From positions 102,827 to 166,826 of the forward strand of contig JAXMCA010000002.1 of NCBI GenBank assembly GCA_046349595.1: 64,000 nt of DNA. The letters are read 5' to 3'. Positions 30,395 to 40,571 of the stretch are shown here, one piece after another. Each line of letters opens with the position of its first letter. Position 1 is the first letter of the stretch. The notes beneath the pieces are model-generated. The model was not told the origin of the DNA. It saw nothing but the letters and a program-made list of their open reading frames with translations, and searched no databases. The translations under genes were made by a program, and so were the position numbers. Source of the stretch: Planctomycetota bacterium (lineage in GTDB: Bacteria > Planctomycetota > UBA1135 > UBA2386).

Positions 30395-31279
30395 ATGCAA
30401 GTGATCCGGGCGACCGAGATGGGCATGTGCTTCGGGGTCCGCGACGCCCTGGCCGCAGCACGCACCGTGCACGACCCCGCAGACACCACGATCTACGGCG
30501 AACTCGTCCACAACGAGGTGGTGCAGCGCGAGCTGTCCGCGCGCGGCTTCCGGCATCTCCGTGAGGACGATCGCGACCGCGAGATCGGGACCCCCGCGGT
30601 CCTGATCACGGCGCACGGCGTGTCGGACCGCGAACGCGAAGCCCTGAGGGCACGCGGTCACCGCCTCATCGACACGACCTGCCCGCTGGTGGCGAAGGCC
30701 CACCGCGCTGCACTCGTTCTCGCGGCGCAGGGCCGTCACGTGGTCGTGCTCGGCAAGAAGGGGCACGTGGAGGTCCGAGGGCTGTGCGGCGACCTCCCCT
30801 CGTGGAGCGTGGTGGGACACCTCACCGACGTGGAACGCTGGCCGCACGCGATGCTCGGCGTGTTGTGCCAGACCACCATGCCGGAGAGCGACGCGCGGCG
30901 GCTGCTCGACGCAATCGAGGCCGCCAATCCCCACGCCGACATCGTGTTCGCCGACACCATCTGCGAACCGACCCGTCAGCGGATCCGGGCACTGCGCGAG
31001 TTGCTCGGTCAGGTCGACGTCGTCGTGGTCGTCGGCGGCCAGCACTCCAACAACACGCGCCAGCTCGCACTGGCCGTCACCCGCGCCGGCAAGCGCGCCG
31101 TGCAGGTGACCGGTGCGGACGACGTCGATCCGCACGACTTCGAAGGATGCACGGCGGTCGGACTGACCGCCGGGACCTCGACGCAGGACGCGACCATCGA
31201 CGCCGTCGAGCACGTCCTGCGGGCGCTCACGCCTTCGGTTCGGCCGGCTCCGCCTTCGGCCCGTCGGTCTCCTGCGTGA
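30395..31279 (+). CDS. ispH: 4-hydroxy-3-methylbut-2-enyl diphosphate reductase (IspH/LytB)
   Basis: N-terminal MQVIRATEMGMCFGVRDA… with the three conserved Cys regions (CFGV, TTCPLV, DTICEPT) and the HSNNT motif. Confidence 0.85.
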   Translation: MQVIRATEMGMCFGVRDALAAARTVHDPADTTIYGELVHNEVVQRELSARGFRHLREDDRDREIGTPAVLITAHGVSDREREALRARGHRLIDTTCPLVAKAHRAALVLAAQGRHVVVLGKKGHVEVRGLCGDLPSWSVVGHLTDVERWPHAMLGVLCQTTMPESDARRLLDAIEAANPHADIVFADTICEPTRQRIRALRELLGQVDVVVVVGGQHSNNTRQLALAVTRAGKRAVQVTGADDVDPHDFEGCTAVGLTAGTSTQDATIDAVEHVLRALTPSVRPAPPSARRSPA

Positions 31280-32774
31280 GGTCGCCGAGGAACTCGGGGA
31301 GCTTCACGCCGCCGACGTCGCGCATCATCTGCAGCATCGGCGGAAGGCTGCCGGCGAGTCCCTTGAGGAAGCCAGCCGCCCCGCCGCCCTCCTTGCCGGA
31401 GTCCCACACCACCACCTTGTCGAACTTGACGTTGGCGATCGCCTTCGCCGCGGTCTCCGCGAGTTGCGGCAACTGCTCGAGCATGAGGAGCTGGAACGCC
31501 TCCTGCGCACCACCGCAGCTCTGCACGATGCGGCCGAGACCCTCGGCCTTCTTCGCCAGTCGCTCGAACTCACCGCGCGCCTGGGCTTCGAGCTGCGCGA
31601 AGGTCGCCGCCGCACGCGCCTCGGCCTCGAGCTTCACGCGTTCCGCCGCAGCTTCGGCGTCGACGATCACCTTGGCCTTCTCGGCGCGCGCTCGCGCTTC
31701 GAGCTCGGCACGCTGTTCCTTCTCGATCTTGTGCGCCATCGCCTCGGCGGCGCGCGCCTCGGCCACGTACTGCGCCTCGCGCACCGACGCATCCGCCTCG
31801 CGCTTGCGGCGCTCCGAGGCCTCGTAGGTCTCAGCCTGCTTGATCTTGAGTAGCATGTCGGACTCGGCGACACGTTGCTTCGCCTCGTTCTCGCCGGACA
31901 CCGCCTGCGCATCGGCCTCGGCGACCTGGACGCGCATCGCGCGCTCCGCCGACTTGACCTTCGCGTCCTGCTCGAAGGAAGCCTGACGCTTGCCGATCTC
32001 GGTCTCCTTGTCGAGGTCGGCGAGACGGACCAGCTTCTCGCGCTCCGCCTCCTTGGTTCCGATCTCACGCGACTTCCCGGCCTGTGCGACCGAGATCATC
32101 TGCTCCTTCTCGGCCTCGGCCACGCCGATCGCACCGAGCTTCTGCTGCTCGGCGACATCGATCTCGGCCTGCTGGATCGCCTGGCTCGCCGCCTTCTTGC
32201 CGATCGCCTCGATGTAGCCCGACTCGTCGGTGATGTCGGTGATGTTCACGTTGATCAGCACCAGGCCGATCTTCTCGAGCTCGGGTCCGAGCGAGGCGTG
32301 GATCTTGTCGAGGAACTTCTCGCGGTCGCGATTGATCTCGTCGATCGCCATCGACGCGATCACCTGACGCAACTGACCGAAGATGATGTCCTCGGCCTGC
32401 TTCATCACCTCCTTCGGAAGGAGCCCGAGCAGACGTTCCGCCGCGTTCTGCATCACCGCCGGCTCGGTGCCGACCGCGACGGTGAACACACTGGGCACGT
32501 TGACGCGGATGTTCTCCGCCGACAGCGCCCCGCGCAGCGGGATCTCGATCTGCATCGGATCGAGCGACAGGAACTGGTAGTCCTGGATCAGCGGCCAGAC
32601 GAACGCGCCGCCGCCGTGGAGGCACTTCGCCGAACGGCCGCCCTGAACGCGTCCGAAGATGACGAGCACCCGGTTGGACGGGCAGCGCTTGTAGCGCCGC
32701 GCGACCATCATGAAGAGTCCGAAGAGGAACAGGACGATCGCGGCGATCGTCAGCAGCAGGTACTGATCAGGCAT
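31227..32774 (-). CDS. Flotillin / SPFH (band 7) domain protein (YqiK-like)
   Basis: N-terminal TM, an SPFH domain, then a long EA-rich coiled-coil region typical of flotillins. Confidence 0.8.
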   Translation of the reverse strand: MPDQYLLLTIAAIVLFLFGLFMMVARRYKRCPSNRVLVIFGRVQGGRSAKCLHGGGAFVWPLIQDYQFLSLDPMQIEIPLRGALSAENIRVNVPSVFTVAVGTEPAVMQNAAERLLGLLPKEVMKQAEDIIFGQLRQVIASMAIDEINRDREKFLDKIHASLGPELEKIGLVLINVNITDITDESGYIEAIGKKAASQAIQQAEIDVAEQQKLGAIGVAEAEKEQMISVAQAGKSREIGTKEAEREKLVRLADLDKETEIGKRQASFEQDAKVKSAERAMRVQVAEADAQAVSGENEAKQRVAESDMLLKIKQAETYEASERRKREADASVREAQYVAEARAAEAMAHKIEKEQRAELEARARAEKAKVIVDAEAAAERVKLEAEARAAATFAQLEAQARGEFERLAKKAEGLGRIVQSCGGAQEAFQLLMLEQLPQLAETAAKAIANVKFDKVVVWDSGKEGGGAAGFLKGLAGSLPPMLQMMRDVGGVKLPEFLGDLTQETDGPKAEPAEPKA

Positions 32775-32828
32775 GTCTTTGGGCTCCGCTCCGAAAGGTC
32801 CATTGCGCCGACGGGAGGCGCTCGGCCG

Positions 32829-33407
32829 TCACGGGTTCGGCTCGACGACGAGGCATCCGTCGGGGGCGACGTCGACCACCTTCACCTCTTCTCCGGTTGC
32901 GATCGCTTCCCCCTTCGAGATCGCGCGCAGTTCGATGCGGCGTCCCTGCACGTCGACGTGTACGCGACCCTGGCCCGCGCCGTGCGCGGGGATGCCGAGG
33001 TAGACCCGCGCACGACAACCCTGCGCGTTGCGCAGATCGATCGTTCCGCTCGACTGCAACCGCGCCAGCCATCGCATCGCCTGCGCGATCAGGAACATCG
33101 CGAGCACGCCGGCGCCGGCGGCGAGCAGCAGGACGATCCCGGTGTCCATCCCGGCGGACCGACCGGCGAGACCGATCAGTCCGAAGAAGGTCGCGAAGGC
33201 GACGATCGCGCGCAGGGACAGCGCACCGAGGAAGTGGTGTTGCGCGGCGTCGCTGTGCTCGAGATCGAAGTGGCCGTCGCCGTCGAAGTGGACGTCGCTG
33301 TCGACGTCGCCATGCCCTGCACCGAGGAGGATCAGCAAGGTCTGTCCGACCAGGATCGTGCCACCGATCCATGCGGACCACGTGAAGAGGTCGGCCATGC
33401 AGGACAC
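32829..33407 (-). CDS. NfeD-like (YqiJ family) membrane protein
   Basis: TM helices plus a C-terminal OB-fold NfeD domain. Canonical upstream partner of the flotillin gene. Confidence 0.65.
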   Translation of the reverse strand: MSCMADLFTWSAWIGGTILVGQTLLILLGAGHGDVDSDVHFDGDGHFDLEHSDAAQHHFLGALSLRAIVAFATFFGLIGLAGRSAGMDTGIVLLLAAGAGVLAMFLIAQAMRWLARLQSSGTIDLRNAQGCRARVYLGIPAHGAGQGRVHVDVQGRRIELRAISKGEAIATGEEVKVVDVAPDGCLVVEPNP

Positions 33408-33588
33408 CCGAAGGAAGGGGCCAACCTACACGACCCCAGGGCCAGGATTCACGCGCGGGTCGAATCAGCGGCCGTGCCGTGACAGGACGAGGTCGGATTG
33501 GCGGCGATCTGGGTCGGAGACCGTACCCGGACGACGGGTGATCGCCAGGCCGGCGCACACCTCGTAATCCTCCGCCCACGCCAGCGGA

Positions 33589-34527
33589 TCACGCGCCGAG
33601 GCGGAACCGGCCAGCGGTGGTGATCAACACCGGCACACCGTCGACCAGCGAGCAGTCGCCGAAGGGGCTTCGCCCGTGCAGGACCGCTCCCTGCACGTGG
33701 GTCTCCTGATTGCGCACGCGACCACCCTTCTCCGCGTAGTCGCTCCGAACCTGCACACCGTCGAACTGGTACTCCGCATCACCGCTGCGCAGCAGGCTGT
33801 CGATGCGCGTCGTCGCCGAACTCGCGGCTCCCCGCTGACCGGGCAGCAGGCGGAGACTCGTCGCCGACGCGAATCGGATGGACTGCGTCTCCCTGACCTC
33901 CACCGCGAAGCCGTCGCCCTGCAGGGTGCCGGTGCAGGCGTATTGCGTCGTGCGGTCGGCGCCGTCGAGGTCGCCCACACCTTGGCTCGCACCCTCCGCG
34001 ACGAGATCGATCTCGACCTTGCCGCCGTCGTACGCCGCGTCGCCCGCGACGTGGACCCAGAACCGCGTGCCGTCGAACTGCACGTCGACCTCGGCGCTCG
34101 GTCCTCCCTTCACCTCGTGGTGATAGCTCAACGTGTGCGGGCGCGACAACCATTCGACAGCGGAGCCCTGCGTGTTGTCGCCCTGCGCCGAGCGCAGCAC
34201 GAACTCGTGGTGCGCGCCGCCGAGTTCGACGACCAGCCGGTCGCCCGGCGTCGCGACCCACCGAGGTTCACCCTGCGCGTCGACGGCCAGGGTTCCCGTC
34301 GAAGTGACGGCTCCTCTCGAAGTCGCGCCCGAGAGGGCCGAAGCGCGGTAGACCGCTTCGACCACCATCGATCGCGACGCCATCAGGTCCGCCGCCACGA
34401 TGCGCGGCAGCCCGAAGGCCGCGGTGAGCCCCGGCAGGGTCGCCCCGGCAGCCGGAGCTGCCGCACCTCCGCCACAGGCGCAGGTCAACGCCGGGACCAG
34501 GAGAACCGCCGCATTGCGCAGGACCAT
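33589..34527 (-). CDS. Secreted/lipoprotein-like hypothetical protein
   Basis: Internal Met with a signal peptide (MVLRNAAVLLVPALTCACGG…). Non-artefactual composition, no recognisable domain. Confidence 0.4.
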   Translation of the reverse strand: MVLRNAAVLLVPALTCACGGGAAAPAAGATLPGLTAAFGLPRIVAADLMASRSMVVEAVYRASALSGATSRGAVTSTGTLAVDAQGEPRWVATPGDRLVVELGGAHHEFVLRSAQGDNTQGSAVEWLSRPHTLSYHHEVKGGPSAEVDVQFDGTRFWVHVAGDAAYDGGKVEIDLVAEGASQGVGDLDGADRTTQYACTGTLQGDGFAVEVRETQSIRFASATSLRLLPGQRGAASSATTRIDSLLRSGDAEYQFDGVQVRSDYAEKGGRVRNQETHVQGAVLHGRSPFGDCSLVDGVPVLITTAGRFRLGA

Positions 34528-34588
34528 GGCGGACAGCAGAGTCCCCGCACCCGCGGAAGGCAATCCACGCTCGCGGGAGAGGAGCACG

Positions 34589-35065
34589 ATGGCGAGAGCG
34601 GCTGCGAAGTCCTGGTCGGAGAAGCTGCGCGACCCGCGCAAGCAGGCGCGCGTGGAACCGATCGAGGGCCCCATGCTCGCGCGCTGGGGCCCGGGCACCA
34701 TGCTGATCCCGGCGCCGATCGAGGTCGACGAGCTGATCCGCAGGGTGCGTCGCCGCGAACTGGTGACCATCGATGACCTGCGCGACGCCCTCGCGAAGCG
34801 TCATCGCGTGACGATCACCTGCCCGATCACCACCGGCATCTTCGCGCTGATGTCGGCGCGCGCCGCCGACGAGGAGCGTGGCCTGGGTCGAACGCGTATC
34901 GCCCCGTACTGGCGTGTGCTGCGCAGCGGCGGCGAGATCAACCCGAAGTACCCGGGCGGCCTCGACGCGCAGCGCACCCTCCTCGAAGCCGAGGGGCACG
35001 AGGTGCAGGTGCGCGGCAAGCGCGCCTTCGTGCTCGACTTCGCCGCGCACCGCGCGCGCCTGTGA
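34589..35065 (+). CDS. MGMT-fold DNA-binding protein, alkyltransferase-like (ATL-like; active-site Cys replaced)
   Basis: C-terminal …TCPITTGIFA…RIAPYWRVLRSGGEINPKYPGGLDAQRTLLEAEGHEV resembles the MGMT/ATL helix-turn-helix and PCHRV region, with C→Y and H→W substitutions as seen in non-catalytic ATLs. Confidence 0.35.
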   Translation: MARAAAKSWSEKLRDPRKQARVEPIEGPMLARWGPGTMLIPAPIEVDELIRRVRRRELVTIDDLRDALAKRHRVTITCPITTGIFALMSARAADEERGLGRTRIAPYWRVLRSGGEINPKYPGGLDAQRTLLEAEGHEVQVRGKRAFVLDFAAHRARL

Positions 35066-35083
35066 GGGCGAGGCGCGGCGCCG

Positions 35084-38000
35084 CTACTTGCCGAAGGCCG
35101 GATGGTTCGGGTTGCCGCCCGACTCCAGATAGGCGAACAGGTCGAGCAGCTCGGGCAGCGTCAGCAGATTGAGCAGGCCCTGCGGCATCGGCGAGACCTT
35201 CGACTCCTCGCGCTTGCGCACGTCGGAAGCGCGCAGCGTGCGGGTCGTGCGGCTGATCGGGTCGAGCATGACCTCGATCGCGCCGTCCTTCTCGCTCAGC
35301 AGTCGCCCCATCACCGCGGTGCCGTCGTTCAGAGTGAACACGGTGGCGGAGTACTGGTCCGAGATGTCGCGCGACGGCTCCAGCACGGCGGTGAGGAGAT
35401 CGCGGCGCGAGAGGCGGCTCGACACGGCGGTGAGATCGGGGCCCACGTCGCCACCCTTGCCGTCGACGCGGTGACAGGTCGAACAGATGGCCTTGGCGAA
35501 GGCCATGCGACCGTCCTCGAAGTCGCGGCCGTGGTCGACCAGCGGCAGGTAGGGCGTGACCGACTCCGCGGTCCACGCCTGTGGCGCATTCGCGAGTCCT
35601 TCGAGTGAAGGCATGTGCCGCTCCGGAGCTGCCGCCAGCTTCGCCAATGCGGCACGTTCCGCGCTCGGGACCGACTTCAGCGCGTCCTTCTCCATCGCCT
35701 CGACGTAGCCGACGAAGCTCGCGCCGCCGTTCTCCGCCTTCAAGGCGCCGAGCATCGAGAAGAGGGCCTCGCGATCGGCAGCGCTCCAGTCGCCGTCGTA
35801 GACGCGCAGCGAGTAGGCGAAGTCGATGCGCGGCGCGACGTCGAGTTCGCGCATGCGGGCGACGACGCGCGCCGGGAGACCCGGTGCCCTGAGCGCGACC
35901 AGCAGGCGCAGGAGTTCGCGATCGGTCTCGAGATCCCGGGTCGGGAAGGACTTGTCGAACGCGCCGAGCAGACGGACGCGCAGATCGTCGGCGATCGGCT
36001 GCGCGGTCCGCGCCAGCGCGATCTGCGCGATGCGCAGGATCGCGATGCGGGCGTCGAGATCGAGCGACGACCAGGCGACGCCCGCGAGGCGCTGAAGCAC
36101 GTCACGACGATCGTCGTCGTTGCCGACTCGGCACAGCGACAGCCACGCGGTGCGCGCCGCCTGCGGCTCCTTCTCGGCGAGCGCCCGCGCGCGCCAGCCC
36201 TCGACCGGCTGCGCCTCGAGCGCGACCCGCGCCGCGTGGCGCAGGTAGCGGTCCTCCGAACCGAGCGACGGCCAGGCGCGACCGACGGCACCCTCGTGCG
36301 GACCGTCCTGGTCCTTCTCGAGCGCATGCCGCGCGCGCGCCTGCGCGTTCGGCGACCAGTCGGTGGGTTCACCCGGATCCGCGGCAGGCCCGTTCCAGGT
36401 CACGCGGTAGAGGCCCGATTGCGTACCGCGGCCACCGGTGACGAACCAGAGGGCGCCGTCGGGGCCGGCGGCGATGTCGGTCACGTTCAGCGGCTTGCCG
36501 GTGACGAAGCTCTCGAAGCTGCCGGTGTAGCCGGCGCCCTTGCGATCGAGGTGCACGGCGAGGATGCGACCGTAGGCCCAGTCGCAGGCGAACAAGGCGT
36601 CGCGCATGCCGCGGTGGAAGGCGAGCTTGGTGCCGAACAGCATGCCGGTCGGCGACGACAGTCCGACGTCCACCACCGGCGGCAGCGAGTCCGGATAGCG
36701 CGGCGTCTCCTTCGCGGCGCCGGTGCGCCAGCCGAAGTCGGCGCCGGGCACCGCCTGGCAGACGCGCGTCGGGCGGTACCACGGCAGGCCGATGTCCCAC
36801 TCCATGTCGGAGTCGAAGATGAACAGCTCGCCGTCGGGTGCGAAGGCGATGTCGTAGGGGTTGCGGAAGCCGCAGGCGATCAGCTCGCACTTCGAGCCGT
36901 CGGGTGCGACGCGCAGCACGCGTCCGCCCGGGATGCGCACGCCGTTGGCGTGACCACGCGGATCCTCGAGCCGCGGCAACAGCACGTCCTCCGCCTGCCA
37001 GCGCACCGGCGAGGTCTCCGCGATCTGAGGCGGCAACGACGACATGTTGCCGTTGGACAGCCACAGCCAGCCGTCGGGTCCCGGGACCACCGCGTGCGAG
37101 CCGTGCTCGCCTCCGCCGCCGAAGTGGACCAGCGGGGTGATCTCGTCGAAGCGATCGTCGCCGTTGGAGTCTCGCAGGCGGAACAAGCCGTAGCCGCCGG
37201 GGCCATCACCCTGCATGTAGAGCGCGTCGCCCATCCAGGTGAAGCCCATCGATCCGCGCGGCGTGTTGTCGAGCGGTTCGAACAAGGTCTCGCCGCCGGA
37301 CTCCTTCGGCAGCGTGATGCGCGCCAGCGCGGCGTTCTCACGCGACACCAGCGCGCGGCCCTTGTCGTCGAAGCCGAGCGCGATCCACGAGCCCTCACCG
37401 ACCCCCGAGCTGCGCACGAGTTCGACGCTGAAGCCGTCCATCACCGTCAGCGCGGAGACCGGCGTCGCGGTGCGCGGGGTGAAGGGATCCGCCCACGGCC
37501 CCTTCACCGACGAGGTCGCGCCGAAGGAGTGCACCGGCTTCCACTCGGTCGACTTCGCATCCGCGGCCCAGCGCCATTCGCCGTCGGAGACCAGGGTGCT
37601 GGTCTTGCCGTCCTGCCCGGTGATCTCCGCGCGCAGCACGAAGCCCGCCGGTCCGCCGTGGTTCTGGCAGTCGACGTCGATCACGTGATGCCCCGCGGCG
37701 ATCTCGCCGGGCACGGCGACGGTGGCGAGCGACTCCCAGCCGTCGTCGTGGAGCAGACGCTTGCCGTCGAAACGCAGCGTCATCTCGTTGTCGCAGGTGG
37801 CCAGGATGCGCATCGCGCGCGCCGGCGACGGCAGATCGAACTCGCGCCGCAGCGTGATGCGATCCTCGGTGCCGGGAGACGCGACCGACCAGATCCACTG
37901 CGCCGACGGCCCGCCCTCGGCGACCGGCGCGCGCGCCGGAATGCCGATCTTCGCGTCGAGCGGCATCACGCCGGCATCGGCCGCGAGCTTGCGGATGGTG

Positions 38001-38659
38001 ACCTCCTTGAAGCGGATCTCCATCGGCTCGCCGGCGTGGAGCTGGAAGGCGAGCAGTCCGCTGTCGGAGCGATGCGCCGCGTCCTCGTCGTCGAGGATCG
38101 CGGTGACGAAGCCATTGATCGCGAGCGTGACGTGATGGCCGACCGCGCGCACCACGTAGTCGTTCCATTCGCCGTCGTGGATCACGCCCTGCAGCGCGCC
38201 GTGATCGGCGAAGTCCTCGGCGCGATGCGTGCCGTCGGCGTTCCACGAGCCGTGCTGCCCGCGCGGCACCATGATCCCGCGGCCCCGCTCCTCGTAGATC
38301 ATCCCGGTGTAGTTGGGACCGGCCTCGAGGTCGGCCTGCGGACCGGCGACGACGAAGTCGCCGAGATCGCGGCTGCGGAACTGCAGTCCCGAGTTGCCGC
38401 CGTGGATGCGGAACTTGAAGCGCACCTCGAAGTCGGAGAACTCGCCGTCGTGGATCAGGAAGGTGTTGCGCGTCAGCGGCTGCTGCGGGGTCGAGCGGCC
38501 GACGATGCAGTGGTCGTCGACGCTCCAGAAGCGCGTGTCGCCGCGCCAGCCGTTCAGCGTCGTGCCGTCGAAGAGGGGAACGCGCTCCTCCTGTGCCGTG
38601 ACGGCTCCCGCGAGCAGCGCTAGCGGGGCGAAGGTGCCGAGGAGACGAACCCGCATCAC
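35084..38659 (-). CDS. Multidomain DUF1080 + glucose/sorbosone-dehydrogenase-like beta-propeller + HEAT repeats + C-terminal cytochrome c (PVC-type heme-binding) protein
   Basis: 1191 aa with a signal peptide. DUF1080 N-terminus, a membrane-bound-dehydrogenase-like propeller region, helical repeats, and C-terminal CSTCHRVDGKGGDVGPDLT (CxxCH). Confidence 0.8.
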   Translation of the reverse strand: MMRVRLLGTFAPLALLAGAVTAQEERVPLFDGTTLNGWRGDTRFWSVDDHCIVGRSTPQQPLTRNTFLIHDGEFSDFEVRFKFRIHGGNSGLQFRSRDLGDFVVAGPQADLEAGPNYTGMIYEERGRGIMVPRGQHGSWNADGTHRAEDFADHGALQGVIHDGEWNDYVVRAVGHHVTLAINGFVTAILDDEDAAHRSDSGLLAFQLHAGEPMEIRFKEVTIRKLAADAGVMPLDAKIGIPARAPVAEGGPSAQWIWSVASPGTEDRITLRREFDLPSPARAMRILATCDNEMTLRFDGKRLLHDDGWESLATVAVPGEIAAGHHVIDVDCQNHGGPAGFVLRAEITGQDGKTSTLVSDGEWRWAADAKSTEWKPVHSFGATSSVKGPWADPFTPRTATPVSALTVMDGFSVELVRSSGVGEGSWIALGFDDKGRALVSRENAALARITLPKESGGETLFEPLDNTPRGSMGFTWMGDALYMQGDGPGGYGLFRLRDSNGDDRFDEITPLVHFGGGGEHGSHAVVPGPDGWLWLSNGNMSSLPPQIAETSPVRWQAEDVLLPRLEDPRGHANGVRIPGGRVLRVAPDGSKCELIACGFRNPYDIAFAPDGELFIFDSDMEWDIGLPWYRPTRVCQAVPGADFGWRTGAAKETPRYPDSLPPVVDVGLSSPTGMLFGTKLAFHRGMRDALFACDWAYGRILAVHLDRKGAGYTGSFESFVTGKPLNVTDIAAGPDGALWFVTGGRGTQSGLYRVTWNGPAADPGEPTDWSPNAQARARHALEKDQDGPHEGAVGRAWPSLGSEDRYLRHAARVALEAQPVEGWRARALAEKEPQAARTAWLSLCRVGNDDDRRDVLQRLAGVAWSSLDLDARIAILRIAQIALARTAQPIADDLRVRLLGAFDKSFPTRDLETDRELLRLLVALRAPGLPARVVARMRELDVAPRIDFAYSLRVYDGDWSAADREALFSMLGALKAENGGASFVGYVEAMEKDALKSVPSAERAALAKLAAAPERHMPSLEGLANAPQAWTAESVTPYLPLVDHGRDFEDGRMAFAKAICSTCHRVDGKGGDVGPDLTAVSSRLSRRDLLTAVLEPSRDISDQYSATVFTLNDGTAVMGRLLSEKDGAIEVMLDPISRTTRTLRASDVRKREESKVSPMPQGLLNLLTLPELLDLFAYLESGGNPNHPAFGK

Positions 38660-39684
38660 TTGCCACCTCCGGTCACCGGGGTCGCGACGAGGTGCGTGAG
38701 ACGTCCGACGACGTTCCAGTCCATCACGTAGAGGTCGCCGTTGCGGTCGAAGGTCGCGCCGTGCGGCGAGAGGAACACGCCGTCCTGCCAGCCGTCCTTC
38801 TGCACCTGGTTGGTCGCCCGCTTCTTCTCGTCGGGCTGGTCGCCGAGCTGACCGACCAGCTCGTTGCGCTCGTCGAGGATCGTCACGCGACCGGCCAGGT
38901 CGGCGACGGCGAGATGACGTCCATCGGGATGGACGCAGGTGTCGCAGGGGCGGCGGAAGATGCCGCTGACGATCCCGCGCAGCCCGCCGTCGAGGTCGAA
39001 GATCTGCAGCCGACCGTTCTCACGATCCGCGACGACCAGCCGCGGCTCCTTGCCGCGCGTGTCGAGCGTGATGCCGTGCGGCGTCTTGAACTTGCCGGGT
39101 TCGGCCCCGAGGCCGCCCCACGAGCGCACGTAGTGGCGCTCGCGGTCGAACTGATGAACGAAGCTCTTGCCGTAGCCGTCGGCGACGTAGATCGAGCCGT
39201 CGGGCCCGATGGCCACGTCGGTCGGCTTGAACTCGTCCTGCTTCTGGTAGATGCCGGCCTCCTGCGGCCAGGGGATCGTCGCGAGCACCTTGCCCTCCAG
39301 CGTGGTCTGCACCACCTCGTGCCGGCCGATGTGCGCGATCCACAGCACCTGCTGCCCGTCGGCGCCGGTCACCAGCGTCATGCCGTGCGCACCACCGGCG
39401 AACTCGGCGCCCCAGGTCGCGAGCTGCTCGCCGTCGCGGCCGAAGATGTTGATCGCGTTCTCGGTGTCGGTGCTGAAGAAGATCCGCCCGTCGCGATCGA
39501 CCGCCAGGTTGCCGTGCGTGCTGCCCGGATCCGCCCCGTCGGGCCGCAGGCCGAAGGCGGTCCAAGTGAAGCCGAGGTCACCGGCCTGGAGCTTGGGCGC
39601 AGACCCCTGCGGCGTTTGCGCCGGAAGAGCAGCGAGAGTAACGGTCAGGAGGGCGAGCACGCAGGACGTCGACGGGCGCAACAT
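38656..39684 (-). CDS. NHL-repeat six-bladed beta-propeller protein (PAL-like), secreted
   Basis: Signal peptide and NHL-type repeats (…GSIYVADGYGKSFVHQF…LVVADRENGRLQIFDL…GDLYVMDWN…). Stop overlaps the downstream giant gene start (ATGA). Confidence 0.7.
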   Translation of the reverse strand: MLRPSTSCVLALLTVTLAALPAQTPQGSAPKLQAGDLGFTWTAFGLRPDGADPGSTHGNLAVDRDGRIFFSTDTENAINIFGRDGEQLATWGAEFAGGAHGMTLVTGADGQQVLWIAHIGRHEVVQTTLEGKVLATIPWPQEAGIYQKQDEFKPTDVAIGPDGSIYVADGYGKSFVHQFDRERHYVRSWGGLGAEPGKFKTPHGITLDTRGKEPRLVVADRENGRLQIFDLDGGLRGIVSGIFRRPCDTCVHPDGRHLAVADLAGRVTILDERNELVGQLGDQPDEKKRATNQVQKDGWQDGVFLSPHGATFDRNGDLYVMDWNVVGRLTHLVATPVTGGGK

Positions 39685-39732
39685 GGTCGGCGAACCATAT
39701 CCGCGGGGGAGGGCGCGACGAACAGGCGCAGA

Positions 39733-40566
39733 TCAACGATGCGCATGCGCCGCGCCCGGCCCGAGGCACTCGACGAGACGCTCCTCGGCTTCCGCTGCCA
39801 CGGCGTCGGTGCCCGCCGTGAGGTCCTGCAGGATCGCCTGTGCCGCCTGACGCTCGTCGCGCTCGAGCAGGGCGCGGGCGAGGAGGAGTCGCGAGGGTGC
39901 ATCGGGCGTCGCGGTCGCGCGCACCATCGCGACGACCTCCGCATTGCGGCGTTCCGCCAGCGCGATGCCGGCGCGGAGGGCGAGGGGCGCAGCGGCGGCA
40001 TCGAGGCGATCGATCACCGCGCGAGCGCCGGCGACGTCGCCGGTGGCGAGACGCGCGGCGGCTGACAGGGCCAGGTCGGACGACGACGGTCGTGCGATGC
40101 GCCCGATCTGTCGCAGCGCTCGCTCGGGGAAGCCGAGGCGGAGGTCGCAGCGGGCGCAGGTGCGCAGGGCCTCGTCGCCGTCGGCTGCGGTGCGACGCTG
40201 GCGCGCGGCGTCGGCGGCCCCGGCGAGGAAGGCGAGCATGGCGCGCGACGACGCCACGCCGAGCCAGCGCGCGATGGGCTCGTCGCCGTCGAACACCAGC
40301 GTGCCGACTCCGCGCAGCAATCCGGCATCGGGTGCCGCGGGATCGTCGAACGCGACGCGCCGGAACTCGAAGCGAGCCAGCCACGCGACCACGCGCGCAT
40401 CGCTGAGCACCTCGCGCTCCATGCGATCGCTCGCCTCACGTCCCGGCCACACCACCTGGACCACGCGCAGGCGTGTCGAGGTCGATGCGGACACACCAGG
40501 TTGCGCATCGCACGCGACTCCCCACGGCAGCAGCGCGCAGAGCAACCACGCACGGCGTCGCAGCAT
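39733..40566 (-). CDS. Secreted thioredoxin-like/helical-repeat hypothetical protein
   Basis: Internal Met with a signal peptide (MLRRRAWLLCALLPWGVACDAQ). An N-terminal Trx-like segment is followed by an Ala-rich helical repeat region. Starts 6 nt after the C45 peptidase gene. Confidence 0.4.
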   Translation of the reverse strand: MLRRRAWLLCALLPWGVACDAQPGVSASTSTRLRVVQVVWPGREASDRMEREVLSDARVVAWLARFEFRRVAFDDPAAPDAGLLRGVGTLVFDGDEPIARWLGVASSRAMLAFLAGAADAARQRRTAADGDEALRTCARCDLRLGFPERALRQIGRIARPSSSDLALSAAARLATGDVAGARAVIDRLDAAAAPLALRAGIALAERRNAEVVAMVRATATPDAPSRLLLARALLERDERQAAQAILQDLTAGTDAVAAEAEERLVECLGPGAAHAHR

Positions 40567-40571
40567 GCCGC

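Noticed and set aside
31227-31279. 53-nt convergent overlap between the ispH 3' end and the flotillin 3' end as evidence of a mis-call
   Set aside because: Both reading frames carry clear family signatures through their termini. The IspH tail (…LTPSVRPAPPSARRSPA) may be a non-conserved extension. Kept both, noting boundary uncertainty rather than rejecting either gene.
34400-34588. Upstream alternative start of the ATL-like gene (34400 or 34526) giving divergent overlap with the lipoprotein gene start at 34527
   Set aside because: The extra N-terminal residues are Ala/Pro/Arg-rich and non-conserved-looking. The Met at 34589 was preferred, with low confidence on the exact start.
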